A stretch of 64,000 bases of DNA, from positions 224,001-288,000 of IMG/VR virus record IMGVR_UViG_3300045988_179268; one strand, given 5' to 3'. The stretch comes from a virus. Positions within the stretch are counted from its first letter, which is position 1. The number at the start of each line of letters is the position of its first letter. The position numbers and the translations under genes were made by a program. The notes under the pieces are model-generated. The model ran no database searches, was not told the DNA's origin, and was given only the letters and a program-made list of their open reading frames with translations. Shown here piece after piece: positions 42,121-51,532 of the stretch.

Positions 42121-43887
42121 TTGCCCACTCAGATTATTATGGCACCCCCGCCGGGTGCTCCCGCAGTAAACAGCATTACAGGTCAGCCCATCAATGGCGA
42201 AAAGCCTGAAAAGCCGCCTATTAAGGTGCGCAAGCTAACCCCTAAAGAGCTTGAGAGGTATATTCACTATATCCAGGAGCTTGTTAAGATTACCCCATAC
42301 TTCGCACCTATCCTTCGACAGTTGCGCCCCGCAATTATCAACACGGACAAGGCGTATATTGATAAGCATTGGCGAATCGCGCTCCCTGAGGGCTCCCTAG
42401 ATGACTATCTGGATTTTGAGACGTTTACGAAGATAATGCGTGAAGCGTTGCGTATCGTTATTATTCAGCGAGAACGCGCCGCCCGCGCAGGATACCGTGA
42501 CGACGAAACCGCCCGCGCATCGTTTGACCTGGAAATTAACCAGCGCCTTAGTGGTCTTGGTGGACGAATCAAGCTCGACCCTGAGAATGACTTTGTTCCT
42601 GCCGACTACGACCTCCCCCCGTTCGGTGTCGCGGAGGAGTTCTACGACACCATTCTCCAGTATTTCGAAGAGGAGGAACCCCCTTCGGGTGGCAACTCTT
42701 CTAATTCTAATAATGGTCAGCAGGGCGGGAAGTCTACCAACGGTAGCGGCAACGGAACCCCTACCTCTTCTAACGGGAATAAGGGCTCTGGTACCGCTTC
42801 TAAGGGCGGTTCAAGCTCCAACCAAGAAGAAGGTGGCGACAACCAGGAAGACCCCAACCAGGAAAACACTGGCGATAACGATACTAGCGATTCTGGTAAT
42901 GGCAACGGTGACGTTGAAGATAGCCAGGGTGATGAGAGTCAGGATTCTGGCAACGGGGCACCGCCTGACACTTCCGACGAGGAAGGTGGTGACGGCGGCG
43001 GCGGTAGTGACACAGGAGAAGATGGTGAAGAAGACGGAAGCGGTGGGATTACCGACGAGTTCGTGACCAACCACAACCTCCAGGCACTAATGGACGGCGC
43101 AGGCATCCAGGCGGCAAGCGAAATGGTCAAGCGTGAATCTCGTAAGGACATGCTCGCCAAGGTTCGCCAGGAACAGGCTAAAAAGAGCCGAGGCAAGGGT
43201 CACAACGAAAGCATCCTTGATTGGGTTACGAAGACCGAAGCAGGAAACACTGTTCACTGGACTGCATTGCTCAAGCGAACCCTGGCGACGGCTTCTAGCC
43301 AGCGAACCGCCGGTGAGACTTACCGAACATTCCGCAAGTACAACCGTCTAAACGTCATCATGCCGGATAACCGAGTCATGTTCCCTACCTACTATGACAC
43401 GAAGCCTCATGTTTACGTGGGTGTGGACACGTCAGGCTCCATGCTGAACGAAGTAGACTCCGGTCGCGCATTGGGTAATATCGACCGCATCTTGAATGAT
43501 TTTAGGAATCGCGCTGAAATGCGAATCTGCGCCATTGACACAAAAATGGGCGAGTTCCAGAATGTGAGGGACATCTCCGAAATTAATTTCGTTGGTGGTG
43601 GTGGCACTGAAATGGCTCCCTTCGTCAAGGCTCTCAATGAGTATGACAAGGGTACTGACAGCAAGCACCCGCCCGCCGCGCTAGGAATCCTTATTACGGA
43701 CGGATACATCGACTGGAAGGCTGTAGCTAGGGAACTTGGTCAGCGCCACAATTACAAGCTGGCTATCGTCCTCACCTCAGACCACAACAGAAACTCTGTG
43801 GTGGAGATGAACAACTACTTTTCCCACCTGCCGCTTAACGCACGACCTACCATCATTAAGATTGAGCGCCCGCGAAGCAACTTCTAA
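42121..43887 (+). CDS. vWA-domain protein with acidic low-complexity linker (CobT-like architecture)
   Basis: TTG 42121, 8 nt after AAGGAGGG and downstream of promoter 42080-42093. G/S/N/D/E-rich middle region. C-terminal MIDAS VGVDTSGSM and GGGGTEM. Confidence 0.75.
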   Translation: MPTQIIMAPPPGAPAVNSITGQPINGEKPEKPPIKVRKLTPKELERYIHYIQELVKITPYFAPILRQLRPAIINTDKAYIDKHWRIALPEGSLDDYLDFETFTKIMREALRIVIIQRERAARAGYRDDETARASFDLEINQRLSGLGGRIKLDPENDFVPADYDLPPFGVAEEFYDTILQYFEEEEPPSGGNSSNSNNGQQGGKSTNGSGNGTPTSSNGNKGSGTASKGGSSSNQEEGGDNQEDPNQENTGDNDTSDSGNGNGDVEDSQGDESQDSGNGAPPDTSDEEGGDGGGGSDTGEDGEEDGSGGITDEFVTNHNLQALMDGAGIQAASEMVKRESRKDMLAKVRQEQAKKSRGKGHNESILDWVTKTEAGNTVHWTALLKRTLATASSQRTAGETYRTFRKYNRLNVIMPDNRVMFPTYYDTKPHVYVGVDTSGSMLNEVDSGRALGNIDRILNDFRNRAEMRICAIDTKMGEFQNVRDISEINFVGGGGTEMAPFVKALNEYDKGTDSKHPPAALGILITDGYIDWKAVARELGQRHNYKLAIVLTSDHNRNSVVEMNNYFSHLPLNARPTIIKIERPRSNF

Positions 43888-43939
43888 CGCATCAATCCCC
43901 AATACCACTTAACCCACCTACAGATAGGAAATAATCACT

Positions 43940-45490
43940 ATGTCTGCAACCTCTAACAAGGCGACTGGAAACATCTCTGTCGCACCCCTGCCCCTCAAGA
44001 AGGCAATGAATTTCGTGAAGACCCTTGCCTTCCCGAAGAGCAACACTGACGGCTCCCTGCGCCCCGGCTTGTCCGTAGCGCTGATTGGCGAACCCGGTAT
44101 CGGTAAGACTGCCGCTATTCACGCTCTCAAGGATGAAATGAACTATGAAGGCGTTGAGGTACTTATCGGTTCTCAGCTGTCCCCTGAAATGATTGGTGGC
44201 ATCCCATCGGTGGGTGAAACCACTGTCACTAATGCTGACGGTGTTGTAGAACACATCCCTTCTACCGCATACCTAAACGAGCCGTTCCAGGTTCGTATCC
44301 GCGAGAAGAAGAAGGTTATTCTACTGCTGGATGAGTACAGCAACTCTGGTCCTAACGTCCAGGCGGCTATGCTGTACATCTTTAATGAGCGCCGCTTCCC
44401 GGATGGCACTGAAATTCCCGCAGAAACCGTTATCCTTTTGGCGACGAACTCTGCTAACTCTTCGGTGAACCCGAACCCCATTGCTCCGCCTACTCAGAAC
44501 CGTGTCGCATGGCTTCCTGTGACGCAGGATAAGGACGGCTGGGTTGAAGGCGCTATTGATAACTGGGGTAAGCCTATGCTTGAGCATGAGCCTGCTATCC
44601 GTAAGATGGTAGTCAAGTACATGTCTGACCGTGACGGCGCACTGCATGAGGACGACCGCGATTCCCGCCTTGACCGCTTTGCGTCGGATATGGATAACAA
44701 CTGCCGCGATGCCGCTACTTACGCATGGCGTTCACCTCGAAGCTGGGATAACCTCATTCACGCACTGGCTTTGGCACCTCATGACGACAAGGACACGTTT
44801 ATTGATTATGCGGAGACTGTTGCGACTGCCATTATTGGTTTTGACGGTTACAATGCGTTCAGGGGCGCACTTAGCCGCTACGCAGAGTCGCTGAATAGTG
44901 ATAATTCTGTCGCCATGATGACCATTGAAGAGATGTTCGCAGACCCCGGCAAGCTGTCTAAGGGCGTTAAGGAGAACGACCAGAACCTTGCATCTGATGT
45001 TGCTGAGCGTCTGGCTGATTACATTCAGGATAAGATTGACGGCGTGCCTAAGTCTGGCGCTTCCAAGAAGCAGAAGGATGCCCTGGGTGAGGATATTGCG
45101 AAGGCATGTAGCTTCATCTACACCCTTGTGGATGCTTCGTCTCCGTTGAACAATGTTGCATTCCGCGCACCTCTGCATGTGACGCTTACCAAGATTATTG
45201 ATGCACTCGGTAAGCGAATGGACATCTTGGGTATTGACCCGGCTAAGCCTGGTCTTCACGTCCCGCACTCCGCACTCTCTGACATGTACTCTAAGTACCT
45301 GCTGAATAACCTGCCGCTGGCTTCTATGGGCCTTCCTGCTGACACGAATGTGAATCCTCAGAGTGCCAAGGAGGAGAAGGAGCTTAAGAAGAAGCTAGAA
45401 AAGGTGATGTGGCACCCGCTGTCTATCCCTACCACTTTGATGGCTCAGGCATACTCTAGCCTGCATGATGTAGATAACAATAAGCGTTAA
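43940..45490 (+). CDS. AAA+ ATPase, MoxR/CobS-like
   Basis: Walker A GEPGIGKT, Walker B ILLLDEY, AWRSPRSWDNLI. Paralog of 30665..32125. Confidence 0.8.
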   Translation: MSATSNKATGNISVAPLPLKKAMNFVKTLAFPKSNTDGSLRPGLSVALIGEPGIGKTAAIHALKDEMNYEGVEVLIGSQLSPEMIGGIPSVGETTVTNADGVVEHIPSTAYLNEPFQVRIREKKKVILLLDEYSNSGPNVQAAMLYIFNERRFPDGTEIPAETVILLATNSANSSVNPNPIAPPTQNRVAWLPVTQDKDGWVEGAIDNWGKPMLEHEPAIRKMVVKYMSDRDGALHEDDRDSRLDRFASDMDNNCRDAATYAWRSPRSWDNLIHALALAPHDDKDTFIDYAETVATAIIGFDGYNAFRGALSRYAESLNSDNSVAMMTIEEMFADPGKLSKGVKENDQNLASDVAERLADYIQDKIDGVPKSGASKKQKDALGEDIAKACSFIYTLVDASSPLNNVAFRAPLHVTLTKIIDALGKRMDILGIDPAKPGLHVPHSALSDMYSKYLLNNLPLASMGLPADTNVNPQSAKEEKELKKKLEKVMWHPLSIPTTLMAQAYSSLHDVDNNKR

Positions 45491-45510
45491 GGTGTAGTTT
45501 GACACGAAAA

Positions 45511-45572
45511 GCCGTACCAATTTAAGTAAATCCACGGGGTTAATACTTAAATTGGTACGGCTTTCGTCTTTT
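45511..45572 (+). terminator. rho-independent terminator
   Basis: GCCGTACCAATTTAAGTA..TACTTAAATTGGTACGGC followed by TTTCGTCTTTT. Confidence 0.8.
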
Positions 45573-45678
45573 CCCTTAATAATTAGTGCATTGATAGCGG
45601 CTTGCAAAATATGTGGTACAATATCTATATACAGTTTTTCGTTTACTCACTAGAGAATCCACAGAGAGGTAACTGGCA

Positions 45679-46596
45679 ATGAGCCTCACAGACCCGCGCA
45701 ATCAAGAAACCACTGGCAAGCTTTGCGCCGCCTCCCCAAGCATTTCTGACAACGCAAAAGTCACGGGTGAATCCACCTTCACCGGAAACCCTAGCTCCCT
45801 ATCGGGAAACGCACATGCCCACAACGTAAACCTTACGGCGTGTACCCTGTCTGGCAATGCAGAGGTTGCCAACGGTATCCACATGGGGCTTACCGCAACC
45901 GGTAATGCATCTCTTCACGGGTGTACAACAATGCTTAAAAGCGCCATTTCGGGGAATGTGAAGGTTCGCGGGAACATTCTTGTATGTGGCGGAAAGCTTA
46001 GCGGCAACGTTGAAATTAACGACTTTGGAGCCGCCGGTGACCCGTGCCCCGTCTTCCCCTGCAACAACGGAGACAGACTATATGACATCGCCCACCTTGC
46101 AAGCACTACGGCGGCTTCCGGCAAAGCCGTCATTAAAGAGCTAGCCTATAGTTCTTTGGCAATAATCAACGCTAATGGCGACTACAGTAGCCTGCGTATC
46201 TGCCTCAACGGTGAAGCTCACACGGAAAACAATCCTCGATGCCACTGCCTCCTCTGGCTCCCCCTCCTACTTGTATGCGACCCTATCGCTACGCACTATT
46301 TCCTCCGCGTAGGTGGTAAGCTACAGCCTATGGGTGAAGGTCATAAGAGCGTGTATGCCGAAGATAGTATCCGCAACCCCTATAATGCATTTAGCTACAC
46401 CAGCCTTGAAACGCTCATGCGGAAGTCTCTGGAAGAGCTACCGGATAAATCCTCTGATGATATTTGTAGCCTACTGCTAACGAACATTGAGGCACACAAT
46501 ATGGGCGACAGCATCCCCGATGAATACCCTGAGAGCCTATTAAGTCAGTGGGCAGACATCATCAAGGTAGCAACCGGAACCAATATCTTCGATTAA
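45679..46596 (+). CDS. beta-helix + CHCC-motif family protein (paralog 2)
   Basis: GN-type repeats (SGNAHAHNV, SGNAEVANG, TGNASLHG, SGNVKVRGN, SGNVEIN), then RICLNGEAHTENNPRCHCLLWLPLLLV. Promoter at 45609-45622. Confidence 0.8.
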   Translation: MSLTDPRNQETTGKLCAASPSISDNAKVTGESTFTGNPSSLSGNAHAHNVNLTACTLSGNAEVANGIHMGLTATGNASLHGCTTMLKSAISGNVKVRGNILVCGGKLSGNVEINDFGAAGDPCPVFPCNNGDRLYDIAHLASTTAASGKAVIKELAYSSLAIINANGDYSSLRICLNGEAHTENNPRCHCLLWLPLLLVCDPIATHYFLRVGGKLQPMGEGHKSVYAEDSIRNPYNAFSYTSLETLMRKSLEELPDKSSDDICSLLLTNIEAHNMGDSIPDEYPESLLSQWADIIKVATGTNIFD

Positions 46597-46617
46597 GAGC
46601 TAAGGAAAGAACCACCT

Positions 46618-47865
46618 ATGCCTGAACAGACCGTCGTTGAGCCTTATGCTCACGTTTACACTGTCCTTGATTACTCCAAGGCAGATACCGAGAAAATCAC
46701 CACACCCACAGGTAAAGCACCAGCAGTTATTACCAAGGTTCAGAAAGCTGGCGGTAAGCTTATTGCCATCAATGAACGCCGGTGTGAAAATGTTGCTAAG
46801 GGTGCGCAATTTGTCGTGGAATCTCCCGCCAATATGCCGGATGTGAATTTTGGCAATACTGATGAAATTGCCCCTACTGAGTTTTGGGCACCCACCAACG
46901 GAGAGGTTCGCCACCCGGCACGCATGGGCTGGCTTTACGCCACCAGCCCTAAAACTATTGTGGCTGTGGTTGATGAGGCTGTACTGGAGGGGCGCTCTAG
47001 CTTTGATGGCGTGAACGTCGTTAAGGGGCGTGCTGTCGTGAAGGATGCCCGCCTGGAAGGAAAATGCTCCGTAGAAGATGACGCAACCATTAATGGCGGC
47101 TGTCATACATTCCTCAAGATGTTCAATAAATCAGCAATTACTGGTAATGTAGTCACTGACTGCGTAAAGCTTACAGGCAATGCCCGGATTATGGGTAATG
47201 TCAGTGTCCACAATCTACATTTATCTGGCAATACCCTGATTGACGCACGTGGCTGTGTCCCCGAAGGAGAGCATGTTAATGTTGGTCCTTGGTTTGGCAG
47301 GCTCATTAATGACCTTACCGAGTTTGACACGTTGCAACTTTTTGGATACTCAGACGAGATGAGCCTTAAGAACTTGTGTCGCATTGCAGAAGCGGTGGGT
47401 GGCAATCTTATGCCACCTGATTCACGTGGAGAGAACCCTTGGCTGAGGGAGGTGACGTTCTGCCTCGACCCGGAGGTTCATGCCCAACATATTGACCGTT
47501 GCCGTTGTGCCCTATGGAACCCCTTGGCGCTCCTTGGCAACGCCGCCGCGATTCATTATATTGTTCGAGCTGAGGGTCTTCTTAAGCCCCCTGGTGAAGC
47601 CGTAACACCGTATCTGGACAGTTCAATGAGTAACCCTTTTAGCTCATTTTCAATTCTCCAGCTGGAAGACTTAATGAGTGAAGTGTATTCTGGCATGTAT
47701 GTTGCAGACCGTTATTACGGCAGTAGCTTCGAGAAAGATAGGGTTACGGAGATGTACATTGAGAACTACGATGCATTCGGAGTGGATATTCCTAGTGAGG
47801 ATGTTATTACTTCTGAATGTCTCCAACAGTTACGGAGCATCATCTTAGGCAAGCCCTGGCTGTAG
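46618..47865 (+). CDS. beta-helix + CHCC-motif family protein (paralog 3)
   Basis: ITGNVVTDCVKLTGNARIMGNVSVHNLHLSGNTLI, then TFCLDPEVHAQHIDRCRCALWNPLALL. RBS AAGGAAAG. Confidence 0.8.
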   Translation: MPEQTVVEPYAHVYTVLDYSKADTEKITTPTGKAPAVITKVQKAGGKLIAINERRCENVAKGAQFVVESPANMPDVNFGNTDEIAPTEFWAPTNGEVRHPARMGWLYATSPKTIVAVVDEAVLEGRSSFDGVNVVKGRAVVKDARLEGKCSVEDDATINGGCHTFLKMFNKSAITGNVVTDCVKLTGNARIMGNVSVHNLHLSGNTLIDARGCVPEGEHVNVGPWFGRLINDLTEFDTLQLFGYSDEMSLKNLCRIAEAVGGNLMPPDSRGENPWLREVTFCLDPEVHAQHIDRCRCALWNPLALLGNAAAIHYIVRAEGLLKPPGEAVTPYLDSSMSNPFSSFSILQLEDLMSEVYSGMYVADRYYGSSFEKDRVTEMYIENYDAFGVDIPSEDVITSECLQQLRSIILGKPWL

Positions 47866-47981
47866 GTGCTGGGTGTAGTGGCATATATCTCCCGATATGT
47901 GCCACTACTTTTATGAGTTCCATACATATCCAAGCAATATGTGGTACACTATTTGTAGTTAATTATTTTTTAGGAGGAAGA

Positions 47982-49193
47982 ATGAGTGACACTCAGATTA
48001 CTATCACCTGCGAAACTGTAGCTCCGAGTGAGGGGCGTAACCCAAAGGAGGATACGCTCGTCATTGGTGCTACTAAGGTAAAGGCGCTAAATCAGCTCAT
48101 CGAATCGGATAAGAGCCTGATTTACGCATATGCGCCCGGCAATACGCCTGAAAACAACTATCCCGTAATCGTAGCCACCAGTGAAGGTAATCTCCCTGAC
48201 GTGGACTTCGATAACCCCACAGGGGTAGACGGCAATGAGTATCCTGCCACCAGTAAGTTCATGCGTGCCAACAGCTACTCTGACTACACTTCGCTAGTCA
48301 TTGACAACGCGCGCGTATTTGGCGATGTAACTTTCAATGAAACATCTCTCATTGAAAACAATGCCACCGTTCGCGACACTACCCTAAACAATGTGACCGC
48401 ATCCGGCAACTCCAGTATTACTGGCGGCTCCCACGATAGGCTGACCATCAAGAATAAGGCGACCATTAATGGCGTGACGACCGAGAAGTGCACCATCAAG
48501 AACAACGCCTATATTAGTGGAAACATCAGGTTTAGCAATGTGACGCTTGAGGGAGATATTAAGATTGACATCCCCCATTCAGACACCGCACTTAATCTCG
48601 CAGAGAACACCGAGAAGCTTCTTTATAACATTAAGGAAACTAAACCTAACCGTAAGACTAGGCAATTCTACAACGCGGGAAAGTCTTTCGATAGGAAGAG
48701 TCTGCTAAACATGCTGTACATCACGAAGACGGTACTTGAAGACTCGAACGCCCTAAGTGGCGTATGGTGTATCGACCACGCCACACACAAGGAAAACATG
48801 GGACTCTGCCACTGCATGTTGTGGTACCCGCTGTACCTTATGGGTAACGGAATCGCAATGCAGTACTTCTTCCGCGCAGACGGCATCCTACAGCCTGCCG
48901 GTCATGCCCTAAGTGTAAATGTGGAAGACTCTATCCGCAACCCTTACAGCGCGTTCACAAACGTAATGATGGAAGACCGTATGCGCCTCGTCATTGATGA
49001 AATCCTTCAAAGCGACGCTCACCCTACCGCATCTTACGGAACTGAGACTGAAACATCTAAGCGATGGAAGGAAGCGGTTACCACATATATTCCTGAAACG
49101 AAGAACTTTCCTGTAGTGCTAAGCCGCACAAAGTGGTGGAACTACAGGTGTGACATCATTGGCGCATCTGAGCTTCGGTTTGGAACACTCTAA
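47982..49193 (+). CDS. beta-helix + CHCC-motif family protein (paralog 4)
   Basis: ATG 47982 after AGGAGGAAG, downstream of promoter 47937-47950. ASGNSSITGG, ISGNIRFSNVTLEGDI, then VWCIDHATHKENMGLCHCMLWYPLYLM. Confidence 0.8.
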   Translation: MSDTQITITCETVAPSEGRNPKEDTLVIGATKVKALNQLIESDKSLIYAYAPGNTPENNYPVIVATSEGNLPDVDFDNPTGVDGNEYPATSKFMRANSYSDYTSLVIDNARVFGDVTFNETSLIENNATVRDTTLNNVTASGNSSITGGSHDRLTIKNKATINGVTTEKCTIKNNAYISGNIRFSNVTLEGDIKIDIPHSDTALNLAENTEKLLYNIKETKPNRKTRQFYNAGKSFDRKSLLNMLYITKTVLEDSNALSGVWCIDHATHKENMGLCHCMLWYPLYLMGNGIAMQYFFRADGILQPAGHALSVNVEDSIRNPYSAFTNVMMEDRMRLVIDEILQSDAHPTASYGTETETSKRWKEAVTTYIPETKNFPVVLSRTKWWNYRCDIIGASELRFGTL

Positions 49194-49287
49194 AGACGAG
49201 TCATAACCAGGTTGGGGGTGCTAAAGTTTTTTATTAAATTTTGGCACCCCTAACATAACTACCTTATAGAAGTAAGGAGCCTCAGCT

Positions 49288-50292
49288 GTGAATCACGGAA
49301 CCGTAAGCACTGTTTCTGTAAGCGGCGTGACAACGAACGGCACCTGTTCCTTTAGAGGTAACGCTCAAGTGTCGGGCGGAACACACACGAATCTAGTTGC
49401 TAATGATGACACAAAAATTCTTGGCAATGTCAGTACTTATAGAGTGACTGCAACAGGTAAAACCACCATCTCAGGGAACATTCACGTGTACAAAGCGCAG
49501 ATTGGTGGGGATACCGTTATTGAGGTTCCTGACGATTTGCCTGAGCCTGCTATTCTTGCGGCTAAAAACAGCGCTAATGGAGTATCTGAGTATAACCAAC
49601 TGCGTTATGACTTCAAAGACATTACACCACACCCTACACGCCAGGGTACGGTGTGGGATAGCTCGTATCTAGCTCCAGCCGCCGGTATCTTACGCGGATT
49701 AACCGCAACATACGGACTATTGAAAAGCGCCTCATGGAGAGAGTTCACTATGTGCCTCAAAGCATCTAAGCATAAGGCACATAATTTACACTGTCGTTGC
49801 CTCATGTGGTATCCGCTCATCATGGCTGGCGACCCACTGGCGTTACAGTATTTGTTCCGGGTAGAAGGTTTGTGTGTTCCGTCAGTCGAGAATGTGGGTT
49901 ATCCATCCCTTGATGGCACTATCAGGAACCCGCTTAGCGCACTTAGCTTCTCAGCTTTAGAAAACCTCTTGTCAGAAACAATATCCAGCATCATGGAAGA
50001 TTGCCTACAAGATGACGTGGACACTACCGATGCAGACCTATACCCGTGGGGCGTATATGTTGCAGAGGACGAACTAGAGAGTGCAGATGCGCAAAGAGTG
50101 ATGAATAACATCTATTTGAATTTATGTCGAAACATTCAACCTATCTATCACCCTGTTACAGTGAGCCAGCATCAAATAAAGTCAAATTTTAATACCGAGT
50201 ACCACACCACCTGGTATAAATATGTTAGACAGTTGCCAGAAAGCTGGCTAACACACTACAGGAATATTGCTGGTACATCCCCCACCATTTAA
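49288..50292 (+). CDS. beta-helix + CHCC-motif family protein (paralog 5)
   Basis: GTG start after AAGGAG. RGNAQVSGG, LGNVSTYRV, ISGNIHVY, then TMCLKASKHKAHNLHCRCLMWYPLIM. Confidence 0.75.
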   Translation: MNHGTVSTVSVSGVTTNGTCSFRGNAQVSGGTHTNLVANDDTKILGNVSTYRVTATGKTTISGNIHVYKAQIGGDTVIEVPDDLPEPAILAAKNSANGVSEYNQLRYDFKDITPHPTRQGTVWDSSYLAPAAGILRGLTATYGLLKSASWREFTMCLKASKHKAHNLHCRCLMWYPLIMAGDPLALQYLFRVEGLCVPSVENVGYPSLDGTIRNPLSALSFSALENLLSETISSIMEDCLQDDVDTTDADLYPWGVYVAEDELESADAQRVMNNIYLNLCRNIQPIYHPVTVSQHQIKSNFNTEYHTTWYKYVRQLPESWLTHYRNIAGTSPTI

Positions 50293-50294
50293 AG

Positions 50295-51392
50295 ATGAAG
50301 AAGGAGACAATGGAAGAGTTTATTGCGCCTTTCACAGTGAGCTACACTGACCGCCGCCGCAACCCCAAGAAGCACACCTTATATATTTCGACAACAGAGG
50401 AGAATGCTCCTACCGGCGAAGGATTCAATATTTCGCCAGATGCCCAATTGGGCACTATTAAGCATCTAACTCTTAATCACTGCTCCGTTGATAGTGGTGC
50501 TGTGGTGCTTAGTGGCAAGCATAGGGATTCATCTTTTGATAGCGGTACTTATATTGATGGCAACGTTGATAGTGTTGGAGTAAGCTTTCAGCCGTCACAT
50601 GAGGGACGTATCTATATCGAGGGTGACATTACTATTGTGGGGCGTAATATTTGCGGGGATTTCACTCTCAAGGCAACCACTAGTGGCGAAACAAAAATTT
50701 CGTTCGGTCAGCCGCGACTGCTTTATTTTCAAAATAAAGGAGACGGCGACTTACTTTACCATCTGCCATCCCTCCTTGCTGTTGAAGGTGAAGATTATGA
50801 AGTTGGTATCATTCGCCCGCACACCACTGATTTAAGCAGGGGAGACGCACAGAAAAAGCTAAGCGCACTTGAGAAGAACACTGAAAACCTCTCTCAAAGT
50901 GGTGTGACAGTGAAAACTTTCTGTGTCGCTTCTAAAATTCACAACTCTGATAGTTGCCGCTGTGGAATGTACTACCCGCTATTGCTGTTGCGCCACCCAC
51001 TTGCAATTACATATTTCATCAAAGCTGTTGATGGGCTGGAGCAGTATATCCCCGAGGCGTACAGTAACCTCACCTGGGCACAGCTCACTCAGATGCTTAA
51101 TGATGTTAATGAACGTAATGATTATCTGATTGATAAAATTGCGGATGAGTTGGGAACTAATATTGGCGAGGACAGTTTGAGTGTCAAGCTTTACGAAACT
51201 CTCAAGCGTGACTATGGGCTACACGACCTGACATTATTGTTTGGTGAGTTAAAGCCTGCGATGAAGGCAGATATTACGCGGGCGCTTACTATTGATAGCG
51301 ACCGTGGCGTGTATTTCATGCATAGTGTCGCGGGTAGTGACAAGTTACATAAACGTTCCTATCGGAAGATTCTAGAAGGAGAGGTCTTCTAG
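50295..51392 (+). CDS. beta-helix + CHCC-motif family protein (paralog 6)
   Basis: ATG 50295, or ATG 50313 after GAAGGAGA. Weaker repeats. TFCVASKIHNSDSCRCGMYYPLLLL. Confidence 0.75.
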   Translation: MKKETMEEFIAPFTVSYTDRRRNPKKHTLYISTTEENAPTGEGFNISPDAQLGTIKHLTLNHCSVDSGAVVLSGKHRDSSFDSGTYIDGNVDSVGVSFQPSHEGRIYIEGDITIVGRNICGDFTLKATTSGETKISFGQPRLLYFQNKGDGDLLYHLPSLLAVEGEDYEVGIIRPHTTDLSRGDAQKKLSALEKNTENLSQSGVTVKTFCVASKIHNSDSCRCGMYYPLLLLRHPLAITYFIKAVDGLEQYIPEAYSNLTWAQLTQMLNDVNERNDYLIDKIADELGTNIGEDSLSVKLYETLKRDYGLHDLTLLFGELKPAMKADITRALTIDSDRGVYFMHSVAGSDKLHKRSYRKILEGEVF

Positions 51393-51532
51393 CGGTAGGA
51401 TAGGTATTGAAGTGTCCCCTTGCGATTTATTATCTCAAGGGGACACTTTGCGTCACGCCGCTACTGGACAACAATTTAAATATGTGGTACACTTTTAGTG
51501 AAATTACTTATCTACTACCATAAGGAAGCATT

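Noticed and set aside
42440-43196. Alternative-frame ORFs over the acidic low-complexity linker (42440..43066, 42717..42905, 42811..43074, 42939..43196)
   Set aside because: Repetitive GGT/GAT/AGC-type DNA keeps several frames open. Only the main frame connects to the vWA domain.
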